Source: Oikopleura dioica
Lineage: Eukaryota; Animalia; Chordata
Reading direction: 5' to 3'
DNA: 64,000 bases
NCBI GenBank assembly: GCA_907165135.1
Contig: OU015567.1
Coordinates: forward strand, 6,448,001-6,512,000
Shown here: in pieces, positions 12,767 through 24,662 of the stretch
Position numbering within the stretch: the first letter of the stretch is position 1
Layout: each line of letters opens with the position of its first letter
Program-made: the position numbers and the translations under genes
The notes under the pieces: generated by a model
What the model was told of the DNA's origin: nothing
Seen by the model: the letters and a program-made list of their open reading frames with translations, nothing else
The model's database searches: none

Positions 12767-15700
12767 ATGAAGACGGCTCTTCTCTGGTCGGCCCTGGCAG
12801 CCGCCCAGATTAATGTAAGTCCTGCATTTTTTTGAAAATCAAATTAAAAACCTAATTTTTTTTTTATTTCAACTCAATTTTCAAAGCATTTTCGGCTCGA
12901 AAATCATATTTGTGATTCAAATTAATTACATATAATTGCTAGTTGAAATCAAGGAAGAGTACCAGTCTCAGAACTCCGAATTCCCAAAATTCTAGCTAGA
13001 AAAACACAAATGAAAGTTCAAAGACGCATTTTTCGAGAAAAATAAGCCTGCTTGGAAACAAGATTTATTCTGAGCCCTTTCACCTTTTTCGCTTGATCCA
13101 AAGGTCACTTCGCCTGATGAATCTTCTTTCCAATAAGGTACTGAGAGCATCTTGGCATCCTTTTTGAGCTTGAAGGAGGAATCAAGATGTTTGCTCAGTA
13201 GCTTCCAAGGTCCAATTATTCGATTTTCCAAGAGGCCAAGTCAAACATTTGAGGCCAAATCTATTACTATTTGGATTTTCACGCTTGGTTCACGGTCTGA
13301 CTGATTCACTGAGGGGATCGTAAAATTGACGGGTGCGATTCAATTTTCCCTTTGAAATGGCCGATCTGATCGCCTATGAATGGCGCAAAATGCGATGCTT
13401 ATCGCTTGCTTCCCTCTTTGAGGCCGGTGAAAGGCGGCAAAAGCGCGTGCCACTTCATTATCAAAACTTTATTTTGGGTTTTGTGCGCTTTCAAGGACGT
13501 CCTTGATTTTTTCTTCTTGATAGATGTGGCTGAAAATAGGACGAGCGATGATGTTTCGAGGCACTGACTGATTATTATTGACCTGATTAAATATAGATTT
13601 CGTACGTAATAAGGACGCACAGCTGATTTATTGAGAAGTAGGGACCTTTTTCAGGCCATAAATTTTCGTCTTCCTTAAATTCAGGCCTCGAAATTCGATA
13701 AAGACGCCCAAGAAAATTGAATAATATGAATTAGCGGAAGTAAAAAAGACGCCGTAAAACCTTATTATTGAATAAATATGCAAGCAATTGGTCAAATATG
13801 GTATGATCAATCCCATTTTGTTTCCCAGCTGGATAGGCCATCGATTTTGCTTCGGCTGAAAAAGAAAATTTTCACCGCGGGGAGCCGGGAAACCACAGCG
13901 TGTCCTGCCGCGCCCTATCTCCGCTCCGAATTTTGAAGTTATTTTCGCACACTTCGCAATATTCAATATTGTCATAAGCCACTATTGAGCACCAACGAAA
14001 GCCTATTGTCCCTGTTCTTTTTTAACAAAAAAGGTGCCTTGTCCGGAGCACTTGAAGCGTGCTTTGAATTTTAATACGAAACGAGTGAATTTTCTTTTGG
14101 ACCTCTTTCTTTTTTCACAATTTGTGTCAGTCGAAATTAGCGTAAATATGATTAGAAACGTAAGCAAACAGGTTGATTTTATTATCTTTTGGCGTAATCT
14201 TATAGCGGCTGAATAAATTACCGTGAAATATTTCAACATGTTTTTGACAGGCGCGTAAGATAAATTGCCGACGCACGAAATAACTTTGCACTAACGAATC
14301 TTGTTTCTAATGAAAATCGTTAAGAACGAAGTGACCGTCGAGCTCGGGCAAAATGCAACTCTTCGATGTTCACACGACCAAGCGATTGAGCAGACAGTTT
14401 ATGTCGATTTCAAAGCATTAGATGGTGTACGAGAGCATACCGTGCTAGAATTTGATAAAAGCGCTGCTGGACAGATTGAAATTAAATATCATCCAGACAA
14501 TAGATGGATCATCGATGGTAGGACCGTCAAACTCTTCAACGCCTCCCTCGACGACGAAGGAACCTATACATGTACAATCAGACCAACAGGCTCCAACAAA
14601 ATCGTTATCATTAATCCTCTCGTTGTGAATACAAAGGTTAGGAAGAAATGCTCCGTTTGAAATCAACAAAAACTCATTTTTCTAGCCAACAGAACCTGAA
14701 ATTACCAATGAAGTTCCTCAATCCAGGCCGCTTATTGACGTCTACGATGATGAAACCGCAGACAAAGATGGTCTCGCCAGCGTGGCAACTTGTAAGGTCG
14801 ACGGAGCCAAACCTCCTGCCAAAGTCACCTGGCACTTTGAAAATCAAGGTAAACTATTCAAATCGCTTTCTTGTCCAAAAGATTTCTTCAGACAACGAAG
14901 TTGGCGATGTGATTCCAAGCTCGCAACAAGTCGGTTACAAAGAAAGACAAACCCAGACGTCGAGTACTCTTCAAATTGTCCCAGTAAAATCGTACGATAA
15001 ACAGTCTGCAGTCTGCCGAGTCACCTGGAATGGCTCCGTTCTTTATACGTATGTTTATAGCAAATCCTGCTTTCAACGATTAACAATCCTCGTTTAGTAA
15101 AAGTTTCACTATTGATGTCCAATACAAACCTCACACTCCTATCATTCGCCCTAACAAAGCTCAGCAGAAAGCTACTTGCACAGCAGAAGGAAACCCTGAA
15201 CCAGATATCGTTTGGACTCTCCCAGATGGCACTACTGACAGCAATCCTACTGTGCTCATGCAGGTATTTTATTCATTAAAAGATGTTCTCTTACAATCCG
15301 TTTTTGCAGGAGATCGGAAATCCCAATGCAACGTATGTTTGTATGGCTCAAAACACACATGGAAAGTCAATCCTGGAAACGACCAACTGGGATCTTGACC
15401 AGTTTGTTGGGGTAACAGTCAAGCTCGTTATTTCTCATATTCACTCTGCTTTCTTTTAGCCTGTTTCTACTGGAAACATTGGACTCATTGTTGGCGTCGT
15501 TGCTGGAGCGATCGCAATTATCTGCCTGGCTGGCTATTTGATCTACAGATTCTGTCTTGATCCGACGATGACGGAGAAGCAGGCCGAGTACGATTATCAT
15601 GGTGGTCAGCGTGATCACTACGTTGGCGGATCCCAAACTGGACTCAACAGGTAAATCGTGATTTACGACGCGGGATCTTCCGTTTTTTTACCTACAAGTT

Positions 15701-16235
15701 AAAGCCGCCGTAAAATTCTCTACTTCCATAAATTTAAACTCATAAAAATATTTAGTGCTCCTCAGCGTAAAACACCCGATTACGAGCCGGAATACGACAC
15801 TGACGATGAGCCCGGACAGATTGTCTCGCAAACCTCCTCGCGCTACCATCAGACAAGAAGGTCAAATTCAAACATTCGAGCGACTCCTCAGCGCAATGTA
15901 CAGTACGACGGCGCTCAGGCTGATGTCGACCTTGTAGATAACGCCAAAGATAGATATGAGCACGACTACAATCCATCTTATTACACGAGAAATACCGTTC
16001 CTTACAAGGTATAGTAAAAGGTGATTACAAAGCTATTTCCATTCATACGAATGCTCATGAATGGAGCTTGAACTCTAACGCCTATTTGCAGTAACCCATT
16101 CTTCGGCAAACTCCGTCTAAGCTTCCATTCAGAATAGACAATCATCAATGATCATCCGCTCTCAAATAAACTTCTTTTCAGGACACCTACATGTCAATGG
16201 ACAACTACGACGGGAGCGACTCCCAGATGGTCTGA
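12767..16235 (+). CDS. Nectin-like type I membrane protein (signal peptide, three Ig domains, TM, cytoplasmic tail)
   Basis: Exon 1 MKTALLWSALAAAQIN|GT. V-set domain ATLRC...DEGTYTC. Further Ig domains ATCKVDGAKPPAKVTW and ATCTAEGNPEPDIVW...YVCMAQNTHG. TM IGLIVGVVAGAIAIICLAGYLIY. Confidence 0.8.
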
Positions 16236-16697
16236 AAACAACGAACTACCTACCATAGCATTCCTAAAAATTTAATCCAAAGAATGGTTAAAAGTCTAAA
16301 AACCCCAACTACTCCTCAATCCTGAAAAAAAGCTCTGCCGTCTGTTCCAACTACTATTCTATATAAATATTCTTTTTCCGATGCTTCCAATCTTTCATGT
16401 CGAGTTAAACAAAAATGTTCAAGAAAAAGTTCATGGAATTTCAAATATTCTTATTCTTAGTGGAAATTTTTAAAAACAATCTTTATGACCTTACTTATAA
16501 AAACTGAATTCTTTGTACTGAATATACTTTTCGCCTTAAAAAAGACAGAAAAAGATGATATTAAAATAATTATTGAAAATTGCGCCTTTCTTGAAAACTA
16601 CTTTTTTTTTCTTCTCGCTAGACTAACTTACAAAAATTGTCTATGTAAATAAAGCTTTCAAAACATAACAACCAAATGCTTGTCATTTCTTGCAAAA

Positions 16698-16803
16698 CGG
16701 GAGTCTGGGATTGACAACCTGTGTCCAAAACCTGAGTCAGGGCCTAATTAAAGAATTTCACGGCCTGACTCAGGCTTTGAAAACAGTTTGCCGAGCCCCG
16801 ACG
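16698..16803. mobile_element. Short (about 105 bp) MITE, same family as 12145-12386
   Basis: Inverted arms GACAACCTGTGTCCAAAACCTGAGTCAGG and CCTGACTCAGGCTTTGAAAACAGTTTGCC. The left arm is nearly identical to the arm at 12159-12186. Confidence 0.55.
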
Positions 16804-17362
16804 AAATTTATAAGAGGATGAATTTATTCTTGGGATTTTCCTAATAAAAATAACAGGGGACAGTCGATAACTAATTTGTAAAAGCAGTTTCTAGCCATGG
16901 ATAAGTCAGAATTTCACGGATAATTTTCAAGATCGGACGAGAGCTTTCCCTCTTGCCTTGGGGTTGTAGCTGTTGGGTTCGCTTGGGTCCTGGGTGGTGG
17001 TTAAATTACTTTATATATTTACATGACTGAGTCGTTAATTGATGCAGTCTATCAAGGCTAGAACGAAAAGCTCTTTTCCTAAAGGGAAAATTTTCCAATG
17101 AAATGGTTTCGAATCCATGGGAAACTCTACGAAAGGATTGGCTGATCTTTTCTGATAACATCGATTATTAATAATAATAAAATTTTAAGTTGTAAAAGTT
17201 CGCTCCTTTTTCTTTTCTTCGTTTGACCGTTTCGGTATCAGAAAAGATCAGGCAAATGAAACATCCCCTCATAGAGCGTATTAAAGATAAAGCTTGTTCA
17301 AATAAACCGGATCAGAACAAGCGGGAAACGGGGGAAAGAGGATAAACAGTTTTTGTTTTGTT

Positions 17363-17677
17363 TTAACGGTGAAAGGGGAAAACGACAGAGAAAAGAATTT
17401 CAGCACGAAAAGCGTTTATCTGTTTGGTGGAGTTCGAGAACTGAGTGTGAACAGAACTTGATCTGGACAAGCGGTAAAAAAGTAGAAACGGTAGATTTTC
17501 AAGTTTTTGAACGGTTGCTGCTGATCGGGGAGGGGAAGAGAGAGAGTGCGTGTGATTATGTTTGAGTAAGTAAGCGCGCCTTTGTTTTGCCGTGGTGGTG
17601 GTTCTTCGTCGATTTCTTCTTTCTTCATTCGATAGTCGATGATTTAGTAGTGGTAGTTCTTCTGGGAAGTCTGCCAT
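17363..17677 (-). CDS. Possible short ORF (104 aa), unknown
   Basis: True ATG placed 14 nt after a TTTCAG acceptor that is preceded by AATAAA (operon-like junction). No recognisable homology. Confidence 0.25.
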   Translation of the reverse strand: MADFPEELPLLNHRLSNEERRNRRRTTTTAKQRRAYLLKHNHTHSLSSPPRSAATVQKLENLPFLLFYRLSRSSSVHTQFSNSTKQINAFRAEILFSVVFPFHR

Positions 17678-18165
17678 GAGTAGGAAGAGTCCTGAAAGAT
17701 ATTCTTTATTGAGGAGGATTTCAACATTCGGAAATGATCATCGTGATGATGTGTCTGTGTGGTCGAAAAAAGGCGTTGAAGCTGTAAATCACGAACAGCT
17801 GATGGGGGGATGCATCAAAAGGGAATACTGGGGTGTCATCTTCCGCAAAAGGAAATGCCTTTTGGGGCGAAAAGACCTTATCAACCCCTTTAACTTCTGA
17901 AGAAACTGATTAGTTATCTGACGACAATTATTTGCTATTTTGATATTTTGGATCAGCGAATTTGGACATTTGCCAGCTTTTATTTCAAATTTCGAAGCAG
18001 AAAGTCAACGAGGATTTGAAAATTTAAACCGTTGATGTTTTGAGAAACAGAAAACCCGGAAAAAAGAGGGTCAAAAGGTCGAAAATCTCCTTCTTTTGTA
18101 CGAAAAAAGCTCAAACTCGTATTAGCATAAAGCAAAGATACAACGAAAATAATTCTATGGGGGAT

Positions 18166-18840
18166 TCATTGTTTGCCATTTTTGTTCAAATAACCGTCTC
18201 AAATTTACTGGACCTTATCCAAATCGAAAAGTTACGCAAAGGCGTGATGAACTGTAGTTCATCAAATAGAAGGGCTGTTTTCTGCCGTAAAAGCAGCTCC
18301 AGTCCGCGAAATTCCAAATAAGGAACCGCCGCGGCACGAGGAGAGAAGCTGATCAACTGTGATTGTGACTGTACCTTTTCTGTGTGTGTGGCATCGTTGA
18401 GGAGTTCCATTTGTCTTCGTTCGAAGATTTGCTTCTCTGCTTCGAATTCTGCCAAGGCTCCGCTGCTAGCTGTGCCCTTCAAAACCTAAAAAAAATGAAT
18501 TATCGTAATCGTAATCAATTAACCCCTGGCCGTAAAATAGCCCCAATTATACATCCGAATCTGCTTTTACAGCTATACTTAGTTTTACGAGGCTCAGGTC
18601 ACGCTCAGTTCCAGCAATAAAAATACAGTAAGATAGCATTTGCACTGTCTCAAAAATACGTCAAATAAGGCCTGGAAAATATTGACACGGAGAGATAGTC
18701 TGATACTTACTGTGTATGCAGGTCGGGAAAGTGATCTTGTGAGAGTCAGAAATTTGCCCATGTCTTCTGTTTCTTCTGTTTTTGGCGGATGAAAATTGAA
18801 AGGTGAAAGTCTGTGGCTGGGTCGCCTGCCGGAAGAGCCC
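18166..18840 (-). CDS. Uncharacterised multi-exon gene (3' part; 5' end unresolved)
   Basis: Four AG/GT-bounded exons splice in one frame: GSSGRRPSHRLS...SRPAYT|VLKGTASSGALAEFEAEKQIFERRQMELL...TEK|KTALLFDELQFITPL|HGYLNKNGKQ*. Confidence 0.4.
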
Positions 18841-20234
18841 TAAAAACTAATTTCAAAATCGAAATAACAATTTCATCGCTAATTCCGCGTTCTAGCGACT
18901 CTTCAAGTCTCTCATCTGACTTTCTTTCAATTATCAAAGTTTATAGGGTGGCTATAAATTCAAATTTAGGGCCGAAACAACCTAAAAAACTACTGAAATT
19001 GTGAACTTTGAACCCTTCAAAAATCGTTCGTCCGGAAAGCCACTCCTAATTTCCATGGATAATCATCCGTAGTAAACCCTCAGGCTCCGGTAGTTAGTCA
19101 AAATTTGCGAAATACGAACTTATTCTTCAATAAAATTTTCTCTCAAATGGACTCGAACTGAAAGTTGATCGATTTTTCAATAATTAATTCTCGCACCTTT
19201 TTCGGGACTTTCTCTGGTTCGATGTGAATTGTTCGTTGAGTTTGACGAGAAAAATTTTTTGGCTCCAGACAGAGGGCCTCTTACGTAACGGCGCTCGTGG
19301 AGTGCTGCCCACGCCTAAATTTACATTGGCCAGAAAAGCACATTTCAGTGATTCTTATCAGAAGCAGATCAAGGTCGACGATAAAGAAAGCTCCCACCGA
19401 GAGCTGAGGAGTACAGCTGATCAAAAATAGCGGCGAAAAAGGCAGATTCTAGGTGAAAAACAAGTTATGTAATCGTTGCGTAAGAGGATGAACTGTTGTG
19501 ACCGAAAGAATGAACTTGTGACGATCTTGGGCGTTTTCGTGACAATTTGAACCCTCTGTCAAACTCGTATTAATCAAAACAAGGCCGCTAGAATCCCCAT
19601 ACAGCAAAATAATCACCGGAGGGTTAAATTCTAGCGAAGTAAGAAAACAGACAAAAGCTACGCTAGCACTTTTTTACCGCTTTTCAGGTCAAGGACGTCA
19701 ACTTCTGCAAGACAAGAAATAATAATTGTAAGATAATGAGCAAATCAATCTCAAAATGATCACTGATCAGCAAATCTAAAAAACAACATGGTCTGCCCTG
19801 ATCGATGCGTCTTGACATCTATGTTGGGTTCGTCTTTGACCTCGGTTACTCAATAACAGTTTCTGCGCTCGAGAAAATTCGCTACTGAAATTTGGAAATT
19901 GATGATTTTGCTAATATTTTACAGATGCACAATTTCAATCTTTTTTCATATTCTACACTGGTAACCGAGCCCGAATTGGCCTGCTTTTGAAGACTTTTTG
20001 TATTCCTGCGTAAGAAGTTAAAGACAACAACGATTATTCGTTTTACTTGGTCTTCGTTTATTTTAAATTTTAGGCCAAGGCAGTAGGTGAAAACTGGGGA
20101 ATGAAAGAGTAGGAATGTGAAAGTGAAATTTGGTGGGTGAGTGGTGATAGTTAGGTAGCGTGAATTTTAGGGGAGGAAGGTCGTGACATGTGAGGGTGAA
20201 TATTGTGAAGGTGAAAAGTTATATACAGTTTTTT

Positions 20235-23200
20235 TTATCGTTTTGTTGGTGTTTCCAACACGGCGGAATCGTCCAACGCTTTGAGATGTCTTCGCGCTGG
20301 AGGATCGAAGAGGCGGCCAGCTCTGCTCGGAGTCATTGGCTAAAAGAATGGTGAGACATGAATTCGACGGAGAGCGTTTTCGTACCTCGAGTCGGTTTTC
20401 CCCGAGTCCATGGAGAGTAGTGTCGAAGCGGTGCACTTTTGTCTCCGTGGGGTTTTCCTGAAAAAGGTTTTAATAAGCTTGGAATCAAGTTTACTCTTAC
20501 CTTGTATTCGCCATCGCTTTCAATCGTCATGGGCTCGAAGTTCTTACACTTGGACTTGTCGCAGCCGCAGGTATCCGAGCAAATTCGGGAAGACTTGCGG
20601 CAGCCACAAATTTTCGTGTTGCAGAACCCTTTGCACTTGCACTTGTCGTTGTTAGTGCGTCGGCGCTAGAATTTATTTGAATAATCGTTGAAGATAGTTG
20701 AAGAAAGAATACCTTTGGTGCGATTGATTTTCTGGCATTGCCTCTATTGTTGTCGCCAGTGGCATCCGGGAGCCTGTTGAGAGCGTTTTCAGGGTTGAAA
20801 TCGGGGTCCCGACTGCGATCGTCCTTTGGAGTCGCCATCATCATCTTCGCGTTGGGAGTCTCGAAGATGCGAGAGTACTCCTGCTCAGTGAGATGACGCT
20901 TTCCAGACTTGGCTTTTGCTCTGGGCACTGGGAGAGCTGTCTGCTGCTGGACTTCGTAGGTCGTGTCCATCGAGTTTTCCTCGTCAGAAAATTCCTCTTC
21001 GGTTTCTTCTTCCGAGGCTTCATCTTGATGAGCAACAGAAGTCTGCGCAACGTATTCTTCGTGCTAAAATTACGAATTAATAATAAAGAAAATTATCTAA
21101 TTATGCTTTTGCTACGATAAATGAACAAAGTGCTCACTTTTTCGTAATCTAAAGCTTCCAAATTATACGCAAGGATTATATTATTAACCTCGAGCTTCAT
21201 CAATCGCATTTCTTCTTGATGCTTGTTCTCAAGGGCCATGTATTTGTTCTGGAGGATGTTGAACTCGTCATGGATCTCCTTGAGATTCGCTCTCTAAAAA
21301 TGAAAGTTATGATTGAGTTTTTATTTGAAAGTGACTTACCAATTGGTCAGCATCTTCGGTCTGAATGAGACAATCTCCGCCTTGCTCGATCAATTCCTGG
21401 ACGAGGAATTCGATCAGCTTACGAGCTTCCGCAGTATCTTTGATTGGGAGTCGCTTCGCAGATACTGGGTTCTCGTGCGATTCGGCAGAGTTGATCTGCT
21501 CCTGAAAAAAGAGAGTAGGATTGAAGGAAGGAAGAAAAATAATTACCTGAATTGTAGCGATTTCAGCATCTTTTCGCTTGATTTTGTCCTTCAGGAGCTT
21601 GGTCATCTTCTCAGAAGCGCCGGGGAGCTTTGTGCGCCGCTTCATTTCAGCTCGATCCTTATCGCAGAGTTTGACCTGATACTTGAGTCGTTTAATCTCC
21701 ATTCGACAATCCAGGTCGTTTCGAAGCTGTTCTTTGAGATGACTAGAATCAAATGATTAAATTTGTTTTTGATAAAGAAGCTGGCTTACCCAAATTTAAG
21801 AGATCCATGCGCCTTCGCCTTTGCCGAGTTCTCTGTTCTCTTAGCAAGGAGCATCTTGAGCTTTTTGAGTTCGGATGCATCCTTGGCCGACTGGATTTTG
21901 AGTCTGTTGGCGACGCGCTCATGCTGCAGTTTCATGCGCATAATGTCGTTCGCCTTTCGACGGTCGGCTTTCTGAAGAGTGTTGATCTCTTTTTTGAACT
22001 TTTTCTCTTCTTCCGAGAACTTTTTCTGGTCATTACGGGCTTTCTTCACCAATTGAATCTAAATAAAAAAGTAAGGAAAAAAGAAGGAATAAAAAATTTT
22101 ACCTTTCTGGATTTGAGATCCTCCAGCTCCTTTTTCAATTTTTCGATGAACTGCTCCTTTTCCCGTTTTTCTTTGACCAGTCGCTCCTTTTCTTTCTTCG
22201 CCTTTTTCAGCTTCGCGATCTCTTGTTCAAGCTCCCTCTGTCGGTTCAATCGCATCGCCTCTTGCTTCTTGTTTTTCTCTTTCGCCCCGTGCGACTTCGA
22301 GGCGAGAGTAGCTTGCCGCTCGTTCTCAAGTCGTTCGATCTTCTCTTGAAGCTCTGTGACTTGTCGTTCGTACTTGGCGCGAAGCAAGTGCGGGTTGTTC
22401 TCGTCCAGACTGAGGCATTTGATGTTCTGCTCTTTCGTTTCAATGTCCGTCTGCAGCGCGAAGAGATCTTCGTTGATTTTGTGCAGACGCATCGGCGTGT
22501 CAAGAGCAGCTTCACCTTCCTCAACGTCGTTCGAATCGTCCAACCCGGAGCACTCGTCGATGTCGGTCAGGTCATTCTCGTTCCCATCATTCTCTTCGTT
22601 TCTCACAAGCGCGTAAGAAAGCCGCTTCGACTTCTTGTGCGTTTTGTCCACGTCGAGAATGAGCCGTTGAAGACCTCTGAGCTCCTTGAACGCCTCGGCA
22701 GCGTTCTCGTCGATGTCACGATTCTCGGCCAAGTTATCCTCCATAATTGTCATGTTGTTGTGCTCGGCCGAGAGTGCCTCCGCAGCTTGTTTCAGCTTTT
22801 CGAGTTTGTTCGAAAGAGCAGTTTTGTTGGTGCACTCGTCCTCGATCTGCAGCATCAGGCGACTCTGCTGCTTTGACGAGTTCGACAAGGCGAGCTTGTA
22901 GTCTTCCAACTGCGACTCCAACTGCTCCTTCATCTCGACGTACTCGGGCGTTTCGCGAGGATCGATGTTGACCTCGGTAGTGCCGCTCGCTCGTAGCATC
23001 TGAACCTGTTTTCGCAAGTTGATCAACTCCGCTTGAACAGGGTCTCGGTTCACGATCGGCTTGTTTTTGATCTTGCGCGCGCGATCGGCGTATCTCAGGG
23101 TTTGAATCGTCTCGTCATGATTCGTGTCTACTGGAGAGACACAGGCGATCATGAGAGTATGCGAGTTACCGCCCAAAGAATCCTAGATTGATTGTAAAAA

Positions 23201-24203
23201 GACTGTTTATTAGAATATAGCGCTTACCTTTAGGATTCGGGTCAGCTTCGAATCTCGATACTTGACGTGGCTGTCGCCATCAGACAACGCGGAGATAACG
23301 TTGCCCAACGCCAGCAAACCCATGTTGATATTGACGCCCTCCTCTTTTCGCTGTCCCTCTGCGCCAGTTCGTTTGAGACGCTCGGAGCCAGCGAGATCTA
23401 CAAGTCGCAGCACAGCCGATTTCGAATCATCTGGATCTTCATGTGACTGTTGCTCCAGATGAATGTTGAAAGCTGCGTGCGAACGAGAGGATGTGGCGTT
23501 CATATTTGTGCTACCGACGGAGCGCTGAGTGTTGCCCTCTTTTAGCTTTTCCAGAAGCTCGGAGGCGGAGTTTACCCCGGTTCTGGAAAGCTCGGCGACG
23601 ATGGTATCGCCGTTGGGGAGCTCTCGGACTTGAAGGAGCTTGGAGCTTGTTTCCGGCTTCAGCAGGTCCCGGATCTCTTCTTTGTACAATTCAAAGTAGC
23701 TGACCTGCAAGCTACTTTTGTACTTGTCCGCCATTGAGGCAATTCTGAAAATTTACTGTTAAAAAACTGAAAGACGAGTAAATTTACCTTTCGAATAAGT
23801 CCTCGGCGACACGTGGGAGGATTCCATCGTGTTCTCGGTCGCGCTTTCCGAACTCTCCTCCCATCGTGTACGTTTTGCCCGAACCAGTCTGTCCATAGGC
23901 GAAGACAGTCTGGTTGAACCCGTCGAGCAAGCTGGCGAGCATCGGCTCCACCGTTTGGTTGTAGATTTCCGTTTGCTCGACGGAGTATCCAAATACTTTG
24001 TCGTAGGTAAACTGGCTACCTCGACAGTCGATTTGCGGGCCCGCAGCGATCAGGCACTCTTGTGCGCCTAAAAAAACAGGTTAAGAAAAATATCTATATT
24101 ACAATAAATAATATCTCCTTTGACTCTCTCTCTTACCTTCATCGATCTCTTTCTTTGAGATCGGGCGGATTCGGATATGCACTCGCACGTTATCCGACTT
24201 CAT
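20235..24203 (-). CDS. KIF4: Chromokinesin KIF4 (kinesin-4)
   Basis: NVRVHIRIRP, YGQTGSGKT, SSRSHA, LVDLAGSER, HVKYRDSKLTRIL, LGGNSHTLMIACVSP. Long coiled coil. C-terminal Cys cluster CKCKGFCNTKICGCRK...C. Confidence 0.9.
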
Positions 24204-24662
24204 TCTGGAAAAAAAATAAAATTAACTTTTTGCTGCGTTCCGTTTTTGAAAAAAACGGTGAATGAGGCAGTCTGCGAAAATATTTTTCAGCGCGCCGTTG
24301 TTTTTCACGTACTGATGGCGTGATTTAACGAAAACGGTTGGTGATGCTGATCAAAATCAAAATGAACTTTGCAACGAAAAAATATTGCAATACCGTTCAT
24401 GCTCGCGAAAGACAATAATATCGTCAAATGGCTTTAAAATCAACAAAATATGTATAATGAGAATTTATTTGGATCAGTGTATGGAAGTTCACTATAAGCA
24501 ATTAAAGTGGGGACAGTAACAGACTTTTACTGAAGGACACATGCCACTGGTTGCCCAGGGTAATTCTCGGGGGAGGGGGTACAGAAAGGGGATAACCAAA
24601 ACATAAGAATAGTAAAGGATAGAAAAGGTGAACTAAAAAGTGTTCAGCGGTAGAATAATAAC

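Noticed and set aside
12992-13231. Nested minus-strand ORF in nectin-like intron 1
   Set aside because: Non-ATG start, no splice or acceptor support and no homology.
14251-14254. 4-nt microexon GCGC (TTGACAG|GCGC|GTAAG) in the nectin-like gene
   Set aside because: It stays in frame only with a second, weaker acceptor (14330-14331). Direct joining at 14325 is simpler. It cannot be decided without reads.
21138-21148. 11-nt microexon in KIF4 (AG|ATTACGAAAAA|GT)
   Set aside because: Inclusion shifts the frame and skipping keeps it. Treated as cryptic sites, though one extra G would give an in-frame DYEK, so a sequence error is possible.
21313-22876. + strand ORFs opposite KIF4, and similar antisense ORFs opposite nucleolin, USP and the SR gene
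   Set aside because: Shadow ORFs of coiled-coil or low-complexity coding sequence with no independent motifs.
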